From Burkholderiales bacterium (lineage in GTDB: Bacteria; Pseudomonadota; Gammaproteobacteria; Burkholderiales; SG8-39): a DNA stretch of 64,000 nucleotides. Within the stretch, counting starts at the first letter, position 1, and every line of letters starts with the position of its first letter. The translations under genes were made by a program, and so were the position numbers. The notes below the pieces were generated by a model. It had not been told where the DNA came from. It saw nothing but the letters and a program-made list of their open reading frames with translations, and made no database searches. Shown piece after piece: positions 41,038 to 49,868 of the stretch. The DNA is taken from contig JACZJU010000154.1 in NCBI GenBank assembly GCA_014860395.1, positions 4,439-68,438 of the forward strand, read 5' to 3'.

Positions 41038-42308
41038 GTTTGTTCCTGATAGATGTTGCGACAACGCGTTTCGGTGATGAAAAAAGTGCTCAGCCAACCC
41101 GACAGCGCGAAGGCGAAGAGTACCGCAAGACCGAAGCGCCAGTCACCCAGCGCATGCGCGCTGCCGCGGCTGGAGAGGTCCAGCGCCAGACCCACCAGCG
41201 GCTGCAGCAATGCGGGGCCGAGAAAGCCGCCGGTATTGACGACGCTGGTGGACATGCCGGAGAACGCCGGCGGATTGACTTCCTTGGCGCAGGACCAGAC
41301 CAGCGTGATGCAGGAGAACGATGCGCCGGTCAGGAAGAACAAGCACAGGGACACGGCCAGGGGCAGTGCGCCGCCCCAGAGCCAGGGCAGCCAGCACAGC
41401 ACGTAGATGAAGCCGAGCACGCGCATCACTGGCGTGCGCCGGCCGATGCGGTCGGAGAGCGCCCCGACGGCGAGCGAGGACACTGCAAGCCCCACGATCA
41501 TGAAACTGACGTGCCAGGCGGCGAGCTGCGTCGCCATGCCATGTACCTCGCGCAGATAGGGGATCGCCCATAGCCCGCCCCAGGAAAGATAGGAGCCTGC
41601 CAGGCCGAGCTGCATCACGAACCCGGGCCAGGTGCGCCGATTCGCGAGCACCGTCGTCAAGGCCGCGCGCCAGTTCTCGTGAGCCGGCGGATACTCGGGC
41701 TTGCCCTCGAGCTGCTGCATCGAGGGCAGACCCAGCTGGCGAGGATTGTCGCGCAGGAACAGCCAGGTGAAAACCGCGAGCGTGATCGACAGCGCGCCGG
41801 CGCCGACGAAAACCGCGCGCCACGAACCGTGCGCCGCGACCCAGGCCAGCGGCACCGCCGATAGCAGCCCGCCCATGTTGCCGATGAACATCAAGAGGCC
41901 GGTCATGGTGGCGAAGCGGCGCTCGGAAAACCAGGCCGCATTGAGCTTCAGCACCGAGATGAACGCCACCGAGACGCCCAGGCCGACAAGGAAGCGCCCG
42001 AGAAGCGCCAGGCCGAAATCCGGCGCCAGGCCGAACAGCACGGATCCGACTCCGGCCACCACCGCTCCGGCGGTGAACAGCTTGCGCGGCCCCAGCGTGT
42101 CGGCGAGTATGCCCGAGGGCACCTGCATGGCGAAGTAGATGTAGAAATAGGTCGCAGCGAGCAGGCCCAGGGACGCGCTGGAGGTCGCGAAAGCCTGTTG
42201 CAGCTCGCCGGCGATCGCGCCCGGCGCAAGGCGGTGAAAAAACGCCAGCACGAAGGCCATCGCGCCCAGCGCAAAGGCGGTCCAGCGCAGGCGCTGGACG
42301 CGCTTCAA
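41034..42308 (-). CDS. MFS transporter
   Basis: 12 predicted TMs and the MFS loop motif ...GILADTLGPRKLF... Confidence 0.85.
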   Translation of the reverse strand: MKRVQRLRWTAFALGAMAFVLAFFHRLAPGAIAGELQQAFATSSASLGLLAATYFYIYFAMQVPSGILADTLGPRKLFTAGAVVAGVGSVLFGLAPDFGLALLGRFLVGLGVSVAFISVLKLNAAWFSERRFATMTGLLMFIGNMGGLLSAVPLAWVAAHGSWRAVFVGAGALSITLAVFTWLFLRDNPRQLGLPSMQQLEGKPEYPPAHENWRAALTTVLANRRTWPGFVMQLGLAGSYLSWGGLWAIPYLREVHGMATQLAAWHVSFMIVGLAVSSLAVGALSDRIGRRTPVMRVLGFIYVLCWLPWLWGGALPLAVSLCLFFLTGASFSCITLVWSCAKEVNPPAFSGMSTSVVNTGGFLGPALLQPLVGLALDLSSRGSAHALGDWRFGLAVLFAFALSGWLSTFFITETRCRNIYQEQT

Positions 42309-42490
42309 TGGATCGGTGATGATCTACTCCTGTTAAAGTGTCGCCTGGCCGCGCCGTCGCGGCGCCGGCCGCCCCAACGCACACGTCGTTGCAGGCGTCG
42401 TTGCAGGCGCGAAAACATTTTAGCATTGGGCGCACCAGGCAACTGAACAAGCCTGACTGCGGCAAAGCCGTCATTCATCGAGGACCGACC

Positions 42491-43111
42491 ATGACCGACA
42501 TCGACCCCCTGCGCAGCTTCGTCCAGGACATGACGCGCGCCATCGAGAAATACGGCAGCGACGAGCCGGCCATGCTGCGCGAAGGAAAGAAGCTGCTCTC
42601 CCGCCTTATTGCGCGCGACGACTGGCTGCCGCAGGCGTTCGCGCTGGACGATCCCGATCGGTATCGCCAATACCTGCTCTACTGCGACCCGCTGGAGCGT
42701 TTCTCGGTGGTGAGTTTCGTCTGGGGCCCCGGCCATACCACCCCTGTGCACGACCACACGGTTTGGGGCCTGGTCGGCGTGCTGCGCGGCGCCGAGAAGT
42801 GCGAGGAATACGAGCACGCCGGCGAGGGCCGGCCGATGAAAAAGACCGGCGAGCACATCGTCGAGCCGGGCGGCATCGATGCGGTTTCTCCGACCGTGGG
42901 CGACATCCACACGGTATCGAACGCGCTTGCCGACCGCCCTTCGGTCAGCATCCATGTCTACGGCGCCAACATCGGTGCGGTCAGGCGCCATGTCTATGAG
43001 CGCGAGACCGGCGCGATCAAACCGTTCGTTTCCGGCTATACCAACGCGACCATGCCGAACCTGTGGGATCGGTCCGCGGAACTGCGCGCGCAAGCACCCG
43101 CGTCCAGCTGA
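42491..43111 (+). CDS. Cysteine dioxygenase type I-family cupin (3-mercaptopropionate dioxygenase-like)
   Basis: YRQYLLYCDPLERFSVVSFVWGPGHTTPVHDHTVWGLVGVLRGAE...DIHTVSNA...SIHVYG, a three-His cupin pattern. The ATG at 42491 is chosen within the longer track ORF. Confidence 0.8.
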   Translation: MTDIDPLRSFVQDMTRAIEKYGSDEPAMLREGKKLLSRLIARDDWLPQAFALDDPDRYRQYLLYCDPLERFSVVSFVWGPGHTTPVHDHTVWGLVGVLRGAEKCEEYEHAGEGRPMKKTGEHIVEPGGIDAVSPTVGDIHTVSNALADRPSVSIHVYGANIGAVRRHVYERETGAIKPFVSGYTNATMPNLWDRSAELRAQAPASS

Positions 43112-44250
43112 TGCCGCTCCCCTTGCGGCGCAGCTGGCTTGCACTGCCCGCCCTCGCAATGCTTGCAGGCTGCGCCGTCGACGGGGAACTGCGCCAAGCC
43201 CCGCCTTCCCGCCCTGCGGACGTGCGCGCCCAGATCGCAAGCCTGCTCCCCGCCAATACGGCCGACCGGCAGGGCTGGGCCGCGGACATCCATGCCGCAT
43301 TCGCCGCGCTGAAAATTGCGCCGAACCCGCCGAACATCTGCGCCGTGCTCGCCATCACAGAGCAGGAGTCGACCTTCCGCGCCGATCCTCCCGTTTCCAA
43401 TCTCGCGAAAATCGCGTGGGAGGAGATCGACCGGCGCGCCGAGCGCGCGGGCGTGCCGACGCTCGCGGTGCATCTGGCGCTGACGCTCCCCTCGCCCAAT
43501 GGCAAGAGCTACAGCGAGCGCCTCGACGCGGCCAGGACGGAGCAGGAACTCAGCCTGATTTTCGAGGACTTCATCGACATGGTGCCGATGGGCGCGCGCC
43601 TGTTCGCTCGCCTTAATCCGGTTCGCACCGGCGGTCCGATGCAGGTGAGCATCGCCTTCGCAGAGCAGCACGCGAACGACCACCCCTACCCTTACTCCGT
43701 GAATGACTCGATTCGCCACGAAGTGTTCACGCGCCGCGGTGGCATGTACTTCGGTATCGCCCACCTGCTCGACTATCCGGCTGCCTACGACTCCCACCGC
43801 TACCGCTTCGCCGACTTCAACGCCGGCCGCTACGCGAGCCGCAATGCGGGGTTCCAAAGCGCGGTGAGCCTGGTTTCCGGCATCCCGCTAGCCCTCGACG
43901 GCGACCTGATCCGCCACGACGAAAATGCCTCGAAACCCGGCAGCACGGAGCTTGCCGTGCGCGCTATCGGCGAAGGCCTAAACCTGGATCAGCGCGAGAT
44001 CCGCAGCGCGCTCGAGCAGGGCGACGGCCAGGGATTCGAGCGCACCGCGCTCTACCGGCGCGTATTCGACATGGCCGACCGGCTGGCGCGCAAGCCCATG
44101 CCCCGCGCCCTGGTTCCGCACATCGCGCTGCAGAGCCCGAAAATCACGCGCAAGCTCACCACCGCATGGTTCGTCGATCGCGTCGAGAAGAGGTACCACC
44201 GTTGCCTGGCACATGCCGAAACCGCGCCTGCCGCAGGCAGCAAGGACTAG
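43111..44250 (+). CDS. DUF1615-like lipoprotein
   Basis: The ATG overlaps the preceding TGA. Lipobox LAMLAGC. ...ICAVLAITEQESTFRADP...; family call from memory. Confidence 0.6.
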   Translation: MPLPLRRSWLALPALAMLAGCAVDGELRQAPPSRPADVRAQIASLLPANTADRQGWAADIHAAFAALKIAPNPPNICAVLAITEQESTFRADPPVSNLAKIAWEEIDRRAERAGVPTLAVHLALTLPSPNGKSYSERLDAARTEQELSLIFEDFIDMVPMGARLFARLNPVRTGGPMQVSIAFAEQHANDHPYPYSVNDSIRHEVFTRRGGMYFGIAHLLDYPAAYDSHRYRFADFNAGRYASRNAGFQSAVSLVSGIPLALDGDLIRHDENASKPGSTELAVRAIGEGLNLDQREIRSALEQGDGQGFERTALYRRVFDMADRLARKPMPRALVPHIALQSPKITRKLTTAWFVDRVEKRYHRCLAHAETAPAAGSKD

Positions 44251-44356
44251 CCCGACTTTTCGAGTTAGAGGATGACCTTCGTCAGCGCTACCCTAGCGCT
44301 CCGTTCCTGTGATTTAATTACCCCTTGTTTGTATCGAACACCACGAAGGAGCATCC

Positions 44357-44689
44357 ATGACCCACACCTACGAGGAACTGAAGCACAAGCCCCTGGCCGA
44401 GCTGCGCGAGATTGCCGCCGGCATCACCCACGAGGCGGTGCAGGGCTACACGCAGCTGAACAAGGACCACCTGCTGGTAGCCCTGTGTACAGCCCTGGGC
44501 ATAGACATGAAAGCCCACAAAGAAGTGAAGGGCATCGACAAGGGCGCAGTCAAAGCCAGGATCAAGGAATGGAAGGGGAAGCGCGACGCGGCGCTGGCGG
44601 CGCACGACCGCAAAGCGCTGAAAGTCGCCTTGGACCAGATTCACCAGCTCAAGCGCAGCATGCGCAAGGCGATGGTCAGGGCAGCATAG
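44357..44689 (+). CDS. Small basic protein with Rho_N/SAP-like N-terminal helix-hairpin
   Basis: GAAGGAG RBS. MTHTYEELKHKPLAELREIAAGI... resembles the Rho N-terminal domain motif. The rest is a Lys-rich helical region. Confidence 0.5.
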   Translation: MTHTYEELKHKPLAELREIAAGITHEAVQGYTQLNKDHLLVALCTALGIDMKAHKEVKGIDKGAVKARIKEWKGKRDAALAAHDRKALKVALDQIHQLKRSMRKAMVRAA

Positions 44690-44798
44690 CGACCGCTCGC
44701 CGCGGCGGTCACGTTCTTTACACCACCCTGCGCGGGTTCATGATGCCAGGCTGATCGGACGCCGACTTCTTCGATTGGCACCGGAGTTCACGATCGCC

Positions 44799-46106
44799 TC
44801 AGGCTGCCGCATCGACTTTCGCGAGGCCGCCGTCCGCTCCGAATACCCAGGGCATGGGTTCGCTCAGCATCTCGAAACGCTCAGGCTGACTGCGCACCTC
44901 GGCGAGCAGCGGCGCGGAAACGCGGATGCGCTGCAGCTCGAGCGTGTTGCGGATGTGCACGACGCGGGCGTCGGCCGGCTTCACCCGCAGGATCGTTTTC
45001 ACCGCGAGCTGCACCGCCTCGCGGTCGGTGTTCATGATCATCGGTATGGCGGCGCTGTCGAGGAAGGTGGAGGTGATGCAGTTGGCATAGGTCGGGCCGA
45101 GGTCGATCGCGCGAAAGAGCCGCATGGTGATGATGTCGGCCGAACCGACCCCGGTCGCGTTGCCGTGGGTGCGTTCGGTCAGGCTGAGCACCGCGATCTT
45201 CTTGACGATCGGGCCGCCGGGCCAGTCGACGAAGCGCTTGTTGCGCCCGGTGACGTTGGGGTCGAAGCCGGTGCCGCTGATCTCCTTGCCCATTTCGTCG
45301 ATCACCAGCACGTCGATTTCATCGAAAAAAAGCCGCGCCATCTTGTCTTTGGCCATGACGAGCAGTTCCGGCTCGCGCGCGTGCAGGCGCGCTGCGGGAA
45401 TGCATTCGATCAGCGCCGTTTCGTCGTGGGCGTTCTCCACCGCGGCGACGCCGAACAGGAACGGCAGGCGCGCCATCACCACGTCCGCCGCCTGGGGCAG
45501 CACCGTGGGAAACCGGTCCATGCCATGCGTGTGCAGCTGCGCCGCACCCTTGATCTTGCCCATACCTACCGTCAGCATCTTGGTGATGCCGCTTTCGATG
45601 GCGCCGCGAAAAGTCGTGTGCGGTTTGATGCGGTTGATAAGCACGATGCCGTCGGCTGCCGCGGCGATGGCGTCCGCATGGACGGGCGTACCGTCGGCCA
45701 TGCGCCCGGCCTCGATGGTATCCATGGATGCGCGTATCGGCGCACCGACATAGTTCTCGGTGATGCCGGCGCCTTCGAGCACCTGGCGCTGCCCTTCCGC
45801 GGTGGCGGCGCCGTGGCTGCCCATGGCGGGGAACACGAAAGCATCGCCGCCCAGGGCTTTGATCTCGCCGATGACGGCACGCGCAATGTGCGCGTAATTG
45901 GCCACGCCGCGGCTGCCGCAGCCGACAGCGATGCGTGCTCCGCTCTTGATGCTCGAGCGTATCTCCGGCCGCGCGAACTCGCGCGCCACGGCCGCCGCGA
46001 TGTCGTCGACCCGGGTAGTGGTGAACTTCTGCCGTACGCTGGCCATCGGCGGCAGCGCAATGTCGAGCCCCCCCGCGATATTGACCTCGACTCTGTCTTC
46101 GATCAT
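44799..46106 (-). CDS. LarA-like (DUF2088, lactate-racemase-domain) protein
   Basis: 435 aa. The stretch LINRIKPHTTFRGAIESGITKMLTVGMGKIKGAAQLHTHG resembles the LarA ...EPHFFAG.SGGRKS..PG...H region. Call made by eye and is moderate only. Confidence 0.55.
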   Translation of the reverse strand: MIEDRVEVNIAGGLDIALPPMASVRQKFTTTRVDDIAAAVAREFARPEIRSSIKSGARIAVGCGSRGVANYAHIARAVIGEIKALGGDAFVFPAMGSHGAATAEGQRQVLEGAGITENYVGAPIRASMDTIEAGRMADGTPVHADAIAAAADGIVLINRIKPHTTFRGAIESGITKMLTVGMGKIKGAAQLHTHGMDRFPTVLPQAADVVMARLPFLFGVAAVENAHDETALIECIPAARLHAREPELLVMAKDKMARLFFDEIDVLVIDEMGKEISGTGFDPNVTGRNKRFVDWPGGPIVKKIAVLSLTERTHGNATGVGSADIITMRLFRAIDLGPTYANCITSTFLDSAAIPMIMNTDREAVQLAVKTILRVKPADARVVHIRNTLELQRIRVSAPLLAEVRSQPERFEMLSEPMPWVFGADGGLAKVDAAA

Positions 46107-46157
46107 GTCGCGTTCCTTTCTTTTCTTGCGTCGTGCTTAGAGTTCATTTGAATATGC

Positions 46158-46265
46158 GGGGATATCCCCTACGGGGACTTTCCCCTCAAGGGGGATCGAG
46201 ACCTTCGGGGCGCATCCCCTCATACCCCCCTAGATCGGGGCCATTTCATTAATTCTGAAATGGCC
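46158..46265. repeat. Cluster of GGGGA..TCCCC mini-hairpins ending in a perfect REP-like unit (family B)
   Basis: GGGGATATCCCC (46158-46169), GGGGACTTTCCCC (46173-46185), GGGGGAT...ATCCCC (about 46190-46220), then GGCCATTTC-attaattct-GAAATGGCC (46239-46265), 2 nt from the FAD-oxidase stop. Confidence 0.6.
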
Positions 46266-46267
46266 TC

Positions 46268-47701
46268 TTAGAGAACTTTTCCCGGATTCATGATGCCCTG
46301 CGGATCCAGGGCCGCCTTGATCCTCCGCATCAGTTCCATTTCCAACGGAGATTTGTAGCGCAGGATCTCGTCGCGTTTGTACTGCCCCAGTCCGTGTTCG
46401 GCCGAGATCGAGCCGGAAAAGCGCGCGGCGCTGTCGTGCACCACACGGCTCACTTCGCCGGCTCGCGCCATGAACGCAGCCTCGTCGCCGCCTTCCGGGG
46501 GCGCGACGTTGTAGTGCAGATTGCCGTCGCCGAGATGGCCGAAGGTGACCATGCGCACCCCCGGAAACGCGCGCTGCAGGTCGGCGTCGGTGGCCGCGAT
46601 GTACTCGGCGATGCGCGAAATCGGCACCGAGACGTCGTGCTTGATCTGCTTGCCCTCGTGCACCTGCGCCTCGGGGATATTCTCGCGCAGCGCCCACAGC
46701 GCTTCGGCCTGCGCTTCGCTCGCCGCCACCGCGGCATCGAGCACCAGGCTGCGCTCGCTTGCCTCTGCAAGCGCTGCCTGCAAAGTCGCATCAAGGTTTG
46801 CGGCGCTCGACGTATCCGACAGCTCCAGCAACACATACTGGGGATATGCCTGCGCGAACGGCAGCCGCGTCGCAGGAAAGTATCTGGCTACCAGTGACAG
46901 GCAGAACGCCGACATCAGCTCGAAACCGGTGAGGCGGTCGCCGCAGGCGCCCTGCATGTGCGACAAAAGCTGCAGCGCTTTGTCCGGGCTCTCCAGCGCC
47001 ACCAGGGCGGTAGCCCGGGCTTGCGGCCGCGGGAAGAGCTTCAACACCGCCGCGGTAATGACGCCCAGCGTGCCCTCGGCGCCCACGAACAGCTGTTTCA
47101 GGTCGTAACCGGTATTGTCCTTGCGCAAACCCCGCAAGCCGTTCCAGATCTGCCCGTCGGGCAGAACCACTTCCAGGCCGAGCACCAGATCACGCGCGTT
47201 GCCGTAGCGCAGCACCGCCGTGCCCCCGGCGTTGGTGGAAAGATTTCCGCCGATCTCGCAGCTGCCTTCCGCCGCGAGCGACAGCGGAAACAGTCGGTCC
47301 GCGACCGCAGCGGCTTGCTGGACATTGGCGAGCACGCAGCCCGCCTCCACGGTGATGGTGTTGTTGACCGCATCGACGGCGCGGATGCGGGATAGGCGCG
47401 AAAGCTTGAGCACGATCTGCCCGCCGCCCGCCCCGAAACGGCCGGCTTCCTCGCCTGCGAGGGGCGTTGCCCCGCCGCACAGGCCGGTGTTGCCACCCTG
47501 GGGAACGACGGCCGTGCCCGTTTCGGCGCACAGCCGCACCACCGCCGCCACTTCCGCCGTCGAAGCCGGCTTCACTACCGCCAGCGGCTTGGCGAAATAG
47601 CGCTTGCGCCAGTCGGTGGCGTAGATCGCCGCTTCCTGCGGATCGGTGACCAGCCCCGCATCGCCGACGAGGGCGTGCAATCGCTCGATTAGCTGTGTCA
47701 T
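46268..47701 (-). CDS. FAD-linked oxidase (GlcD / D-2-hydroxyacid dehydrogenase family)
   Basis: FAD-binding PCMH N-domain (...VVPQGGNTGLCGGA...), and a C-terminal ...HGLG..K......P..MELMRRIKAALDPQGIMNPGKVL motif. Confidence 0.85.
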   Translation of the reverse strand: MTQLIERLHALVGDAGLVTDPQEAAIYATDWRKRYFAKPLAVVKPASTAEVAAVVRLCAETGTAVVPQGGNTGLCGGATPLAGEEAGRFGAGGGQIVLKLSRLSRIRAVDAVNNTITVEAGCVLANVQQAAAVADRLFPLSLAAEGSCEIGGNLSTNAGGTAVLRYGNARDLVLGLEVVLPDGQIWNGLRGLRKDNTGYDLKQLFVGAEGTLGVITAAVLKLFPRPQARATALVALESPDKALQLLSHMQGACGDRLTGFELMSAFCLSLVARYFPATRLPFAQAYPQYVLLELSDTSSAANLDATLQAALAEASERSLVLDAAVAASEAQAEALWALRENIPEAQVHEGKQIKHDVSVPISRIAEYIAATDADLQRAFPGVRMVTFGHLGDGNLHYNVAPPEGGDEAAFMARAGEVSRVVHDSAARFSGSISAEHGLGQYKRDEILRYKSPLEMELMRRIKAALDPQGIMNPGKVL

Positions 47702-47800
47702 GTCTTTGCGTTCAGGAGGGCCGGGACTTCGATCTGTTGAATTCCAGTTGCACGCCCGGCGCCGGGATGTTTCAGCATATGCGCAAGGCGCGGTCCCGGA

Positions 47801-49780
47801 TCAGGCGCGCGCACCCGCGCGGCGGTTTGCCAGCGCGATCACGACGCCGCCTGCTGCGAGCAAGATGCCCAGCCCGGCGAGCTGAACATGGCTCAGTTCG
47901 AGTTCGCCGCCCCCGGGCAGCGCCATGGCCATGCCGCTGGCGAAAAGCAGTACGCGCGCGACGGCGCCGCCGATGCCTTTGTCCATCCGCCCCAACCCGA
48001 AGAGATAGCCTTCGATCGCAGAGGCGATCAGCCAGATGCCGAGTACCGCGGTGCTGACCACAACCGCGATCTCCCACGGGTCGCCGCGCAAGATGAGCGC
48101 CGGATTGAGGACAAAGAAGAACGGCACAAAGTACATGGTGCTGCCCAGGCGCACCGATCGCATTCCGACCTCTATCGGCGGGGCCTTCGCAATACCGGCG
48201 GCGACGAAGGCGGCCAGCGCCACCGGCGGCGTGATGAACGACACCATGCCCCAGTAGAGCATGAACAGGTGCACTGCCACCGGGTCGAAACCCGCGGCCA
48301 CCAGCGGCGGCGCGAGCACGATCGCAAGGAAGATGTAGCAGGCAGTGACGGTCATGCCCATGCCGAAAATGAAACTGGTGATCGCGCCCATCACCAGCAG
48401 CACGTAGATATTGTTGCCGGCGATATACACTAGGTCGTTCGCGAGCGTTCCCGCCAGGCCGGTGACCGAAAGCGAACCGATGATCAGGCCCACACCGGCA
48501 AGCAGCGCCGAGAGTTCGCCCAAAGCGCCGCAAATGCCCTCGACCAGCAGACCCAGCTTCTTCCAGTTGAGCCGGTGCAGGCGCGAGAACTGGTTGATCA
48601 CCAGCAGCAGCGCCGTCGCGTAGAAGGGCGCGATCGCCTCCTGCTGCAGTATCAGCAGCATCCATACCAGCAGCGCGAACACAAAAATGTACTGCCAGCC
48701 CTCGGCGACGGTCCTGCCAATCGCCGGCAGTTCCGCGCGCGGCAGGCCTTTGAGGCCGCGGCGTGCGGCATAGCCGTCGATCTGCACGAATAGTCCGAAG
48801 TAAAACAGCAGTGACGGGACCAGTGCCGCCAGCGCGATCTGAACGTAAGGCAGGCCCAGGAAAGAGGCCATGACGAACGCGGTCGCACCCATCACCGGCG
48901 GCATCAGCACGCCGCCGGTCGAGGCGCAGGCCTCCACGCCGCCGGCATAGGCGGGCGAAAATCCGGTGCGCTTCATCGCCGGGATTGTCACCACGCCGGT
49001 GGTGAGCACGTTCGACACCACGCTGCCCGAGACCGAACCCATCAGGCCGCTGGCGAAAATCGAGACCTTGGCCGGGCCGCCGCGCACCGAACCGAACAGC
49101 GCGAAAGCGAGGTTATTGAAGAAGGACGCGGCGCCGGTGTACTGCAGCACCGCGCCGAACATGACGAAGCCGATCACCAGTTCGCCGAAGGCGCGCGTCG
49201 GGATGCCGAGCACGCTCTCCGAACTCGCGAAATGATAGGCAGCGGTGGTGGACAGATCCTGCGGCAGGCCGGAGATCGGTCCGGGCATGTGTCCGGCGTA
49301 TACCGGGTAGAGGGAAATCAGGGCGACCACCGCAAACACTGCCGTGCCCCCGGCGCGGCGCGTGGCCTCGAGGATCATCAGCCAGCCGGCATAGGCGATC
49401 CAGATCGCCTCCTTGGGCGCGGCAAATTCCCAGCCCTCGCTGATGATGCGATGCGCGTTCAGCGCGAAATAGCCGAAGACCGCAATGTTGATGCAGAACA
49501 AGCCCACGTCGTACCAAGGTACGCCGTCGTGGCGCGCGCGCTTGGTCGCGGGAATCAGCAGGAATACGCAGCCGGCAAGCAGGGCGCACAGCCAGTAAAG
49601 GTAGGCTGTATCGAGCAGCACTTTGCCGACGAAAAAACCGAGATTGAGGATCTGGTTCAGCGCGAGAAATATCGACGCCGAAGCGACAGCGATCAAAACC
49701 GCGCGCCAGAAAGGCGGCAGCTTGCGGTAGCGCCGCTCGACCGCCGCCTCGGGCGCGTTCTCCGCGACGTCGGTGCTCAC
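47801..49780 (-). CDS. TAXI-type TRAP transporter fused permease
   Basis: 659 aa, roughly 16-18 TMs, GTG start. It lies next to a TAXI solute receptor. Confidence 0.85.
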   Translation of the reverse strand: MSTDVAENAPEAAVERRYRKLPPFWRAVLIAVASASIFLALNQILNLGFFVGKVLLDTAYLYWLCALLAGCVFLLIPATKRARHDGVPWYDVGLFCINIAVFGYFALNAHRIISEGWEFAAPKEAIWIAYAGWLMILEATRRAGGTAVFAVVALISLYPVYAGHMPGPISGLPQDLSTTAAYHFASSESVLGIPTRAFGELVIGFVMFGAVLQYTGAASFFNNLAFALFGSVRGGPAKVSIFASGLMGSVSGSVVSNVLTTGVVTIPAMKRTGFSPAYAGGVEACASTGGVLMPPVMGATAFVMASFLGLPYVQIALAALVPSLLFYFGLFVQIDGYAARRGLKGLPRAELPAIGRTVAEGWQYIFVFALLVWMLLILQQEAIAPFYATALLLVINQFSRLHRLNWKKLGLLVEGICGALGELSALLAGVGLIIGSLSVTGLAGTLANDLVYIAGNNIYVLLVMGAITSFIFGMGMTVTACYIFLAIVLAPPLVAAGFDPVAVHLFMLYWGMVSFITPPVALAAFVAAGIAKAPPIEVGMRSVRLGSTMYFVPFFFVLNPALILRGDPWEIAVVVSTAVLGIWLIASAIEGYLFGLGRMDKGIGGAVARVLLFASGMAMALPGGGELELSHVQLAGLGILLAAGGVVIALANRRAGARA

Positions 49781-49868
49781 CGGCGCTGTCCGGAATCAGA
49801 ACTGCGCGCGACGGCGAACGCCGTCGCGCGCAGAATCCGCGAAAAGGTTACCAATTTGCGAGCACCGG

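Noticed and set aside
44775-46151. 458-aa plus-strand ORF antisense to the LarA-like gene
   Set aside because: It is a shadow frame with a low-complexity Arg/Gly/His/Asp-rich translation.
46158-46230. Closely spaced G4-A..T-C4 hairpins that superficially resemble a short repeat array (CRISPR-like)
   Set aside because: The units differ in sequence and length, the spacing is irregular and only a few nt, and no cas genes are present. They fit REP/BIME-type elements instead.
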